A stretch of DNA of 64,000 nucleotides, taken from Candidatus Poribacteria bacterium (lineage in GTDB: Bacteria > Poribacteria > WGA-4E > WGA-3G). A model generated the notes under the pieces. The model saw only the letters and a program-made list of their open reading frames with translations, did no database searches and was not told where the DNA came from. The stretch lies in assembly GCA_964291315.2 (NCBI GenBank), contig OZ219753.1:512001-576000 (forward strand), given 5' to 3'. Position 1 is the stretch's first letter. The number at the start of each line of letters is the position of its first letter. Position numbers and translations under genes: made by a program. Below, one piece after another: positions 52,019 to 61,668 of the stretch.

Positions 52019-55000
52019 GTGCAGATACATCCTTTGTTAAAATTCGTAGACCCGCCCATCTTAAAAGAGCAAACGCTACTGTTAAAAATTGGAATCATCT
52101 TTACCCTGGTAATTTGCGCAACTTTTGACGTTGCAGTGAACCGGATCACTGCAGAAGAGACTGCCCTAACAGAAGAAACACAAACAGAGACTACAAAATC
52201 AAGCGAACACACCGCTATCCCTGCTGATTCCGATAAACCCGAGACATCTGAGGAAAATCAGCGTTCTATCCCACCCGGACTGTCTAATCTCAATCCATTT
52301 AACGGTTGGAGCAAGTCAAAACACTTCATCTGGCAAAGCGGTAGCCAGCAGGCAGCAGGCAGCAATCAGCAAGAGGGGTGGGGCATAGATACACCACAAG
52401 AACAGACCGCACGCTCTACTGAAGACCAACAGCCGATAAATGATAGCGATCGACTCATACAACCCTATTTGGACAGCCTCCGACGATGGCGAAACCCGCT
52501 ATACCTAACCGACTTCAGCGAACTCTACAATTGGAAACCCAAGCCTAAGCAAGCAGAGGAGGGCATCGCTCTCCCAATGGATTCTAACCTCAAGATCACT
52601 GGCGTACAATCCGTAACCATAGAAGCAAACAAAACTCACTACTTCGGTGAGGGAGACCTGAACCGCTACGGGTATGGCGGCGGATACGGAAGCTACTCAT
52701 CCGGACTTGATCTAGGACTCACATCCTCCTACGGTTATGAGGACTTCGGATACAGCAGCAGCGGATTTGGCGGTGGATATGGATCAGGTGTTGGAAGCAG
52801 CTATGGCAGCTATGGCAGTGGATACAGCTCAGGATTTGGCGGCGGCTACGGCACCAGTGGCACGCCCCGAGCAACAGGCTTTAACCTGCGACAGATACAG
52901 CAATTCGGACTGCACGGACGCGTCGGGCAACGAACTCATATCTCCGTAGATTATAGCGCAGGCGGAAGCAGCTTTGGCAGCGGCGGATATGGCGGCGGAT
53001 ACGGCTTAGGTGGAACAAAAGAGCAGAAAATTAAAATCTGGTATGAAGGCACACCCGAAAGCATCATAAAAACTGTCTCATTTGGGGACATCACCCTCAG
53101 CCTGCCGAACACCCGTTTTTTGAACGTCAACCGGAATTTATTCGGGCTTGAGGGGGTTTTTGAATGGAAAAATACACGACTTACAGCTTTCGGTTCTCGC
53201 AGTAAGGGTATACGAGAGGTCCGAACCTTCCGCGGACAATCGCAACGAGCAGGCGGCAGATACGGATACGGACCACGCGGCATCCAGATCCAAGATACCA
53301 ACTATGTAAAGAGCAGATTCTATCACATACACAAAGATGAAGATGGCGAACTACATGAAGCATACCTCCCTATAAAAGCAGGAAGCGAAGAAATCTATAT
53401 CGACGACGGTGTCGTCGGAAACAACCAAGGCGGGAAACGGACAAGCCGGGGCTATTTCAACCCGCAGTTCCCCGGACAAGACTACAATATAGACCACGAA
53501 ACGGGCGAAATAGAATTTCTTACACCCATCTCGGCAAGCTACACTATTGTCGTAGCATACGAATACAACGGGAGCGGTGGCGGCAAAGTCGGCAACCCCG
53601 GCAACGTCTTCATCGACGAAAACGAAGACGGCACCATTGATGAACAAGGAGAAGAAATCGGTTACGTAGTCCTAAAAGAAAAAGGGTTTCGAGGGACTGA
53701 AGCGACACACGTTTATTGGCTCGGCAACCGAAATATTAATCCGCGCGACTTTACCCTCACAATCGTACGCCAAGGACAAGATGAGACATCCCCAACCAGC
53801 AGCGGCGCAGCACCCTACATCGAGATATTCGGCCTCGACCGAAACGGAGACGGGAATGTCGATGCCCAATTTATAGACTACGACAGAGGTTTCCTCCGAT
53901 TCCCAACAACCTACGGCATACATCCTTTTCAAATCACAGATCCAAACCACCCCTTTTATGCCTACCGGGAGGCAGTTAATAACAACGCCCTCTATCTTGA
54001 AGGCAGCCGAGCAGATGCGCAAATCTATACCATCATTGCAGACTACGCGTATCAATCAGAAACCTACAATGTAGGGATATTCGTCATACCAGAAAGTGAA
54101 ACTGTCCGCCTCAATGGACAAACCCTGATACGCGACACCGACTACATGATGGTTTATGAGGTTGGTACCCTCCGCTTCTTCAGACAGCTCGACGAGTTTG
54201 ACGAGATCGTCGTCGAATTTGAAAAGACACCCTTCGGAGGCTCAGCGCAACAGGCTATAGCCGGGGTTTGGCTAGAATACACACACAAACCGAAACCTAA
54301 ATCGGAAAGAGAACAGAGTCTCGAAGATAGGTTTAACCGACTAGGCGGCAGCCAAATCATGGACCACAGCCTCGGAGCGAGAACACAAGATGCTTTCGGA
54401 GAAGCCTTTTCAGGTAACAGAATCGGAACTTTGGGAGGGAGCAGCCTCGGCGGAGGTTTCGGACAGAGCGGCTTCGGCAGTGGATATAGCAGCTTCGGCG
54501 GCATTGGCGGCAGATCCCGAAACTACTACGGCAGCTACGGCGGGCAGATGGACCATTTCAACCCTGTTTTCAAAAAAGGATTCACACTATCAACAGGTTA
54601 TATTCTCAACACCGGGCAAAAACCCGCAGAAATACCGGATGCAAACGAGGTACCAAACCGGTTGCAAGCCTTCAATCTAAACACAAGCTTCGGCAGAGAA
54701 TTCAATATCGCCGGCGTTTTTAACCTGCTCCCTTTTGTTAAAATGCGGAACTTTCCGCTTTCACTCAATTTCAGCGGTGAAACAGCCTATTCACACAATA
54801 ATCCTAATAGTATTGGTGTCGCACTCATTGATAGTATGGAGGGCGCTAAGGAAACAACAACCATAACCACACTCAAATACAACTGGAAACACAGCAGCCT
54901 ACCTTACATCGCCCAAAATCAAACTAACTCCACAGAGCCGTCAACTTACCAGGTTATACCAACTAATGAGAACAGAGCCGTTTTTAGGATTGCCCTGAAA

Positions 55001-58000
55001 AATAAGAATGAAGCCGAAGCTGTCGGAAACTATATGCGAAACCGAGACGTACCTGCCTCTTCAATCCAACCGCTCTCTCTCTCTACCGAAGAACGTCTCA
55101 TCATGGAACTAGGCTACAGTTTCACAGACATCGCCGCAGAATGGGGCGGCTTTTCAAACGGGATCTCAGCATCAGGCGTAGACTACTCAGAACGCAGTTC
55201 CGTTGAGATGTGGCTACGCGTCCAAGGAGACGATAACATCACACTCCACTTGAACCTCGGCGCAGTGAATGAAGATACCGACCAAGACAAGCGATTGGAC
55301 AGCGAAGACCTACCCGATACACTGATGGACACAAACGGTGATGGAAGTGTCGATGCACTAGATTTAAACCTCGAAAACCTTTCAGATGCCGACCGTTATC
55401 GCGGGAACGGCACCTTGGATACAAGCGAAGACATCGGATGGAATTACAACGGACCCCTTGGCGAAATACCCATCGGCACAAATAACCAGGTATTGGACAG
55501 CGAAGACCTCAACGGGGACGGCGTACTCGACAACGTAGATGCATACTTCGAAATCTCAATGCCACTCAATGAAATTCCGAAAGAGTGGATCAAAAGTAAA
55601 AACGCGAATGACTGGATCTTTCTTAGTATTCCACTCTCACAATTTAGACCTGTCGGCTCGCGGTTGCCGAGTCTTGTGTTTGTGCAACACTTCCGATTCT
55701 GGCTGAGCAAAAATGCACCAGGAAGAGTGCAAGGCACTCTGCAGTGGGCTTCTATCGAAATTGTCGGAAACAAGTGGCAACAAGGAATAATAACCCGATC
55801 CAGCTCGCAAATCAACCCCGAGGTCGACCCCACTCTTAGCGACACCGCCCTTACACCCTCAACCGAAACGTTGTCAACAAGCACAATTGTCGAGAATACA
55901 CTCGAAAAGTTCATCGTCGGTACAAAAGATAACTTCAGCTATGACGACTATCAGAGCGCCTATCTTGACATCGAAGATAACGAACTCTTTAAAAAACTGC
56001 ACCCGTTCACAGCGACATCCCTTGGTTTCCAAACACAACAGCAACGGGAACAGACACTCAGCCTCGAATATTACCTTTTCCCAGAATCTTACGGAGTCAC
56101 CTCCAAACAATTGAAAGGTCTAACCCAAAGTGAAGGGCAAGACTTCAGCAAACATGATACCCTCCGTTTTTGGCTCTATGGTGATAATAGCGATACCACC
56201 TTCGTCTTGCAGCTTGCACCAACCGTCCCGACTAGCTATCGAAGCGCTTTTTATAGCTCAGACCCATTTATCGATCAGACACAAGAAGACGAAGTGAATG
56301 TTTTCGAAAACCTAACTGACTACTATGAATATACAGTGCCAATCGATTTCGACGGCTGGAAATTGATCGAAATCGATCTGCGCGACTTGCATAGAAACGC
56401 CTATCCAGATATCGCAGCAGGCAGCAACCATCAACAACCTGCCGGGAGTAGCGGAGAACAGCAACCACTGAACGTAACTGAAAACCAACAACCAACAACT
56501 GAATCACAAACTGCACTAGATGCACCAGACGGGCAGCCTGACGGTTTCACAATCCGCGGTAACAACAGCACAAGACTCTCCATTAAAAATATTGGCGGCA
56601 TCCTATTGGGCATCCGCAACAACACCAACCGTGAAATTAGCGGCGAAATCTGGGTCAACGAGATACACCTCGGCGACCCACTCGTCCGAGCCGGATGGGC
56701 GCGCCGCAGCAACATGTCAGTCGGACTCAGTAATATCATTAAGCTGAGGGGCGGATACGCCAGCCAAGACAAAGACTTCGAAAGCAGCGCAGGACAAGTC
56801 GGTAGACAACGACTCTCCTCGCGCGGATACAGTACCACGAATAACGACTTCAACATCGACGCCGATGTTACGCTCTTCCCATGGCTACCCATCCGATACG
56901 GCATCCGACAACAAGACACCGAAACTGAAAGCCAACGAGGTAGTTATAGCAGCTTCCAGAGCGGGAAAAGCGAAATACAGACACGAGATTTTTCTATCCA
57001 ACTTAACAGAAACCCCTTCCCCAACCTCGGATTTGCCTATAATTACCAAGACTTTTGGAACGAACAGCAGGGAACACAAATCAGCTATCTCTATACAGGA
57101 ACCTTCCGTTACGACCTCGGCTCAAAACTCGGGGTTAACGCACAATATCGACACGAGGATATACTCGCTAAACCCGAAACCGCAACACAGACATCAACAA
57201 CTTCAACCTCCTATTCCTATTATAGCTACGGTTACGGCAGAAATCGCGACGAAAAAACCGACAGCGCTACAATAGCACTAAATATCAGCCCCACAAACAT
57301 CTTCAGCCTAAACCCAACTTACGACATCAGCCGGACCCTTGAAAGACGAGAAGACCGCAATTACACTAGCAATATAGAAACAGAACCTGAAACGCCCGAA
57401 ACTCAAAAAGAGGAAACGAATAACTTTTCAATCACGCAACGCGAACATCGCTTAGCACTTACACCCCGACTCAATCGCGATTTGCTCGGCATGCGCCCTA
57501 CTGTCACTAGCCGAATGAGCTTTCGCGAAAATTGGTTCAGCCAGGAAAAAAGCGCTTCACTCAACGGAAACGTCAGTATTGGAATGAACCTACGCATCGA
57601 AAAATGGTTTGGATGGCTTCTCAGAAACGGAACAAACGAAATAAACGAAACACCGGAAAACAGCCCACAATCTGCAACCAGCCACCAACAGCCACCAGAG
57701 GACGCTGGAGCTAAAAGCACCACATCTGCCACAGATGAGATGCCGACACTCCACAACGAACAATCAACAACGCTCAGGGAACACCTACGAGAAAGCGGGA
57801 TCGATGAAACACAAATCCAAGAACTCGAAGAAAACCTCGGCGATTGGATCGAACGCGACAAGAATGAGGCACCCCCCGCAGAGGCAATCTCAAACCGAGT
57901 ATCAGAAACAACAGATGGGATGCTGAACCGAATCCTAAAAAGTTTCACCGTAAGCACAAACGCCAACTTTACCGCATCCGAATCTTATCGGCAACTCGCG

Positions 58001-58747
58001 GGTAACCAGTCAATCATAGAAATCTATTCGCTCGCTGAGGATGCTAAAGAACGCACAAACTCGCAGCGGAGTAACCGTTACACAATGCGAACCTCGGTAG
58101 AACCGTGGAAATGGGTATCCCTCGGTGCAAACGTCAACACCACTGATAGCTTCCGAAAAAGCACTGGAACCATTTATACATCGCATGCCGAATCATACGA
58201 AGGCAACCTAAAACTAAGCGCCCAAGAAACTACTAGTTTTCAAATACGTTACAGCTTCACAAAGCGAGATAATACAACACAGAAAGCGACTCTCAGCGAC
58301 AGCACCGCCCACACACCATCGCTCAGCTGGATACATACTTGGGGAAAAGAGACACGGACAGCACTCGGGATACGAACTACCTTCCAAGATCAACAGCGAA
58401 GTGGCATTCAAAGCAACGCTTTCATTGTCACCCCAAACCTGAGCGTTGACTACCGTTACCACACAGAAAATGGCATACGCCTCCCCTTTATCGGTAGAAT
58501 TCCACTCAAACACGACCTAGAATTAACCAACACGCTCTCCTGGGCCATTCGGAGGGAGCAATTCGGCGCAAATCGCGAAGAACGCTCAGAACGATATGAA
58601 ACAACCCTACGAGTCGGATACAAAATTAGTACACATATCACCGCAAACTTCCACCTCGGTGTCAGCTACAATAACGATAGGGTCGAAGAAGGTAGAGACT
58701 TCCTCTCAATCGCAAGTGCATTGACGATCCGCGGGGAAATTCAATGA
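52019..58747 (+). CDS. SprA/Sov-like giant outer-membrane beta-barrel (T9SS translocon homolog)
   Basis: IWYEG.PESIIK..SFGDI.L.LP...LFG, IPESE.V.LNG..L...DY..YE.G, LIDSMEG, SEDLNGDG.LD and GEIWVNEI appear in the order seen in SprA; long amphipathic-strand C-terminus. Confidence 0.75.
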   Translation: MQIHPLLKFVDPPILKEQTLLLKIGIIFTLVICATFDVAVNRITAEETALTEETQTETTKSSEHTAIPADSDKPETSEENQRSIPPGLSNLNPFNGWSKSKHFIWQSGSQQAAGSNQQEGWGIDTPQEQTARSTEDQQPINDSDRLIQPYLDSLRRWRNPLYLTDFSELYNWKPKPKQAEEGIALPMDSNLKITGVQSVTIEANKTHYFGEGDLNRYGYGGGYGSYSSGLDLGLTSSYGYEDFGYSSSGFGGGYGSGVGSSYGSYGSGYSSGFGGGYGTSGTPRATGFNLRQIQQFGLHGRVGQRTHISVDYSAGGSSFGSGGYGGGYGLGGTKEQKIKIWYEGTPESIIKTVSFGDITLSLPNTRFLNVNRNLFGLEGVFEWKNTRLTAFGSRSKGIREVRTFRGQSQRAGGRYGYGPRGIQIQDTNYVKSRFYHIHKDEDGELHEAYLPIKAGSEEIYIDDGVVGNNQGGKRTSRGYFNPQFPGQDYNIDHETGEIEFLTPISASYTIVVAYEYNGSGGGKVGNPGNVFIDENEDGTIDEQGEEIGYVVLKEKGFRGTEATHVYWLGNRNINPRDFTLTIVRQGQDETSPTSSGAAPYIEIFGLDRNGDGNVDAQFIDYDRGFLRFPTTYGIHPFQITDPNHPFYAYREAVNNNALYLEGSRADAQIYTIIADYAYQSETYNVGIFVIPESETVRLNGQTLIRDTDYMMVYEVGTLRFFRQLDEFDEIVVEFEKTPFGGSAQQAIAGVWLEYTHKPKPKSEREQSLEDRFNRLGGSQIMDHSLGARTQDAFGEAFSGNRIGTLGGSSLGGGFGQSGFGSGYSSFGGIGGRSRNYYGSYGGQMDHFNPVFKKGFTLSTGYILNTGQKPAEIPDANEVPNRLQAFNLNTSFGREFNIAGVFNLLPFVKMRNFPLSLNFSGETAYSHNNPNSIGVALIDSMEGAKETTTITTLKYNWKHSSLPYIAQNQTNSTEPSTYQVIPTNENRAVFRIALKNKNEAEAVGNYMRNRDVPASSIQPLSLSTEERLIMELGYSFTDIAAEWGGFSNGISASGVDYSERSSVEMWLRVQGDDNITLHLNLGAVNEDTDQDKRLDSEDLPDTLMDTNGDGSVDALDLNLENLSDADRYRGNGTLDTSEDIGWNYNGPLGEIPIGTNNQVLDSEDLNGDGVLDNVDAYFEISMPLNEIPKEWIKSKNANDWIFLSIPLSQFRPVGSRLPSLVFVQHFRFWLSKNAPGRVQGTLQWASIEIVGNKWQQGIITRSSSQINPEVDPTLSDTALTPSTETLSTSTIVENTLEKFIVGTKDNFSYDDYQSAYLDIEDNELFKKLHPFTATSLGFQTQQQREQTLSLEYYLFPESYGVTSKQLKGLTQSEGQDFSKHDTLRFWLYGDNSDTTFVLQLAPTVPTSYRSAFYSSDPFIDQTQEDEVNVFENLTDYYEYTVPIDFDGWKLIEIDLRDLHRNAYPDIAAGSNHQQPAGSSGEQQPLNVTENQQPTTESQTALDAPDGQPDGFTIRGNNSTRLSIKNIGGILLGIRNNTNREISGEIWVNEIHLGDPLVRAGWARRSNMSVGLSNIIKLRGGYASQDKDFESSAGQVGRQRLSSRGYSTTNNDFNIDADVTLFPWLPIRYGIRQQDTETESQRGSYSSFQSGKSEIQTRDFSIQLNRNPFPNLGFAYNYQDFWNEQQGTQISYLYTGTFRYDLGSKLGVNAQYRHEDILAKPETATQTSTTSTSYSYYSYGYGRNRDEKTDSATIALNISPTNIFSLNPTYDISRTLERREDRNYTSNIETEPETPETQKEETNNFSITQREHRLALTPRLNRDLLGMRPTVTSRMSFRENWFSQEKSASLNGNVSIGMNLRIEKWFGWLLRNGTNEINETPENSPQSATSHQQPPEDAGAKSTTSATDEMPTLHNEQSTTLREHLRESGIDETQIQELEENLGDWIERDKNEAPPAEAISNRVSETTDGMLNRILKSFTVSTNANFTASESYRQLAGNQSIIEIYSLAEDAKERTNSQRSNRYTMRTSVEPWKWVSLGANVNTTDSFRKSTGTIYTSHAESYEGNLKLSAQETTSFQIRYSFTKRDNTTQKATLSDSTAHTPSLSWIHTWGKETRTALGIRTTFQDQQRSGIQSNAFIVTPNLSVDYRYHTENGIRLPFIGRIPLKHDLELTNTLSWAIRREQFGANREERSERYETTLRVGYKISTHITANFHLGVSYNNDRVEEGRDFLSIASALTIRGEIQ

Positions 58748-58867
58748 TGAATGCTTGTCGGAATATGCATCATATAGAAACCTGCAAGCCACCGTTCCTA
58801 ATAGAATTAAGTGGAGGCAGGAAAGAATGAGGAATAAGGGCATCCGCGATTTTTAGCGAAAAAAGAT

Positions 58868-58896
58868 TTGACATGATTCGCGGTTTAAGATATAAT
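58868..58896 (+). promoter_or_regulatory. Perfect sigma70 promoter with no convincing gene downstream
   Basis: TTGACA-17 nt-TATAAT. Confidence 0.65.
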
Positions 58897-58930
58897 TTGG
58901 GCTTAAAAAGATTTAGCGGAGCTATGCCAC

Positions 58931-59286
58931 ACACTTGTAGCATAGACTGTCAGACTGTGCTACACCCTTGCAGTATAACCTACTCTTACAGCAGAGACTG
59001 TTGGTCTAAGGATGCTGCATCTGCGTGGAAAAGTCTCTGTGAGTGGTAACCTCACAACGCGTTGGGGAGAGCTGGAATCGTCTGACATATCGGAGACACA
59101 ACGGTTAAACACAGATAAGATACATCTGAAACCGACTAACCGAACGTTGGGGGTGGAACGCCTGTTTCACCCCCAACGTCTTTTAACCGCAGCCGCTATT
59201 GTGTTAGAAGACCTGAAGAGGCACAGATTGACAGTTTATGATACAAGTGCTGAAGAGGCATAGGAAACTAACAGAATGTGCTACAA
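58931..59286. repeat. Inverted copies of the ~37-bp repeat flanking ~250 bp (one forward, two tandem reverse)
   Basis: 58935 TTGTAGCATAGACTGTCAGACTGTGC versus 59221 GCACAGATTGACAGTTTATGATACAA, plus a second unit ending at 59286. Confidence 0.7.
59144..59184 (+). terminator. Strong hairpin / intrinsic terminator
   Basis: ACGTTGGGGGTGGAAC-GCCT-GTTTCACCCCCAACGT-CTTTT. Confidence 0.7.
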
Positions 59287-59308
59287 ATGCCTTTTGCGAT
59301 TAAGGATA

Positions 59309-60514
59309 TCACGTTCGATAGTCTGCGTTGATTCGGATATAATCGTAGGAGTAATCGCATGTCCAGACTTTTATTGCGGTGTCGCCGGCGCGGAGATCAA
59401 TGGTAATTCGCACGGGATCTTGTGCAAGCAGGGCGGTGGCTTTGTCCTCATCGTATCCGGAACCCATACCGTTTTTGACGAGTTGATAATTCGCGATCCA
59501 GACATCTACTTGGCGGGGATCGAATTCTGCTCTGGATTTACCGATTGCCATCATGATGCGTCCCCAATTGGCATCGTTAGCAAAGATGGCGGTTTTGACA
59601 AGTGGAGATTCAGCAACAGCGCGTGCGGCTTTTTCAGCGTCTGTTCGGTTTTTAGCGTTTGTAACAACCACTTCGACAAGTTTGGTCGCGCCTTCGCCGT
59701 CGCGAGCGAGCATCTTTACTAGTGCGGTGCAGATGAACTGAAGCCCTTCACAAAAGGTTTCGTAATTTTCGCCGGTTGCCTCAACAATAGGGACATTGTC
59801 AGCACATCCGGTTGCGAGGATAATCACGGTGTCATTTGTGCTGGCATCGGTGTCGATCGTTAGCAGATTGTATGTATTGTCTACGACGCTATTTAGAGCG
59901 GTTTGGAGCGTTGGAGCGTCAATGCGCGCGTCTGTTGTTAGGTAGGAAAGCATGGTCGCCATGTTTGGGGCAATCATACCGGACCCCTTGGCGATCCCAC
60001 CGATCTTGACAGGAACTCCGTCAATTTGGACCTCCACAGCGCTCGTCTTTGGGTGTGTATCGGTGGTCATAATTGCCTCGGCAGCATCGTTTCCGCCTTC
60101 GGGGTTGAGCATATTGACTGCGGTTTGGATACCGGTTTCGATGTTTTCCATGGGCAGCTGTTGTCCAATAACTCCGGTAGAGGAGACGAGGACGAGATTT
60201 GCCTCTATACCGAGCTGCTCGGCTGTTGCGGCTGCCATTCGTCGCGCGTTCGCCATACCGGTGTCGCCGGTACAGGCATTGGCGTTCCCGCTGTTAATAA
60301 TAACGGCTTGCGCGCATCCGTCGCTGAGATGTTCTCTGCATACCACAACTGGTGCAGCGATGATGCTATTTTTTGTGAAGACTCCGGCGGCAGTCGCGGG
60401 TGTATCGGTAACAATGAGTGCCATATCTTTTGTATCTACGGCTTTAATACCGGCGTGTACCCCTGATGCAGAGACACCCTGAACAGCCGTAATCCCACCA
60501 TCTATCTGTTTCAT
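59309..60514 (-). CDS. argJ: Glutamate N-acetyltransferase / amino-acid acetyltransferase
   Basis: NSGNANA, SSTGVIG, IMTTDT, KGSGMIAPNMATML, STND, RDGEGATK, DANWGRI. Confidence 0.98.
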   Translation of the reverse strand: MKQIDGGITAVQGVSASGVHAGIKAVDTKDMALIVTDTPATAAGVFTKNSIIAAPVVVCREHLSDGCAQAVIINSGNANACTGDTGMANARRMAAATAEQLGIEANLVLVSSTGVIGQQLPMENIETGIQTAVNMLNPEGGNDAAEAIMTTDTHPKTSAVEVQIDGVPVKIGGIAKGSGMIAPNMATMLSYLTTDARIDAPTLQTALNSVVDNTYNLLTIDTDASTNDTVIILATGCADNVPIVEATGENYETFCEGLQFICTALVKMLARDGEGATKLVEVVVTNAKNRTDAEKAARAVAESPLVKTAIFANDANWGRIMMAIGKSRAEFDPRQVDVWIANYQLVKNGMGSGYDEDKATALLAQDPVRITIDLRAGDTAIKVWTCDYSYDYIRINADYRT

Positions 60515-60745
60515 GTCTATGAATGCTCCTTGGAAAAATATGGGATAAATTTTAATACATTTTGGCAGGCGTTGTCAAATAGGAGGCGTTCGAGAAAACA
60601 AAAAAGAGCGGACGATCCGAAATATATCTATTTTATGTATAGGTGGGAGCAGTGATGCCTAACTAACGTGAACTTGAATGTAGCAGAATCTGTTAGGTTG
60701 TACAGTAGCACTTCTGGTATACACTCTCGCGTTAACTCCTATAAT

Positions 60746-60774
60746 TTGACAAACTTAGAAATATAGGATATGAT
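60746..60774 (+). promoter_or_regulatory. sigma70-like promoter of the PPS gene
   Basis: TTGACA-17 nt-TATGAT. Confidence 0.6.
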
Positions 60775-60933
60775 CTAAGAGAGCCGTGTCTACAAAAAGA
60801 GACGGAGAAGTCCGGATTTGATGTTCCCAAATACTAACTGGAGTCTGCTATCTTTTCGACTGGAAAAACACTCCAAGTATCTATCAAGCTCACGTGATTT
60901 GACAGACAAAACCTATGTCGAGGTGGTATTCAA

Positions 60934-61668
60934 TTGAGTGACGTTCCGCAAACACATCCGCGATACCATTCATTGATATTACGAGACAGGATTGTTGCAG
61001 GGGTAGCCCAAGGAATAACTTCTGTTCATGGGCTGATCGCGCACGGTCGCGGAGAGGCCTTTGATTACCTCATCGGGGAGACGACACGCCCGTTCGCGCT
61101 TGAGGCGATCCACGCGGCGGGTGCGAGGCTTCGGCTGGCAGAACATCCTGTTATTTCGGTCAACGGAAATGTGGCAGCATTGGTTCCTGAAGTGCTCGTT
61201 GAGCTTGGTCAAATCCTGAACGCGCCGTTGGAGGTGAATATCTTCCACACGGAAACAGGACGAGAACAAAGAATCCGAGAGCATCTGCTCAACCATGGTG
61301 CCCTAGACGTTCTTATGCCAACAACGGAAGCACAGCTCTCCTTTATCGATTCACATCGAAAGTTTGTGCATCCAGACGGGATTTTTAAAGCGGATGTTAT
61401 CTTTGTCCCGCTTGAGGATGGGGATCGCTGCGAAGCACTTCGAAAAATGGGTAGGGCGGTGGTGACTGTTGATCTGAACCCGATGTCGCGGACGGCACAA
61501 CGCGCGAGCATCACAATCGTGGACAATGTGGTGCGAGCATTGCCGTTGTTATGTGAAGATATTCTGGGGCTCAGCGATTGTACAGCGCGAGCCGTCCTGA
61601 AAAAATATAGTAACGAGTCGGTGTTGGGAGAAGCCTTAGGACATATCAGCAGGGGCGGGAATGGCTAA
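60934..61668 (+). other. Archaeal-type phosphopantothenate synthetase (4-phosphopantoate--beta-alanine ligase)
   Basis: HPRY.SL..R, GLIAHGRGEAFDYLIGE, PVISVNGN, EVNIFH, VPLEDGDRCEAL, DLNPMSRTA, VDNVVRA. Confidence 0.92.

Noticed and set aside
58931-59286. 37-bp repeats as a CRISPR array
   Set aside because: Units are degenerate, directly tandem or inverted, lack unique regularly sized spacers, and no cas genes are present.
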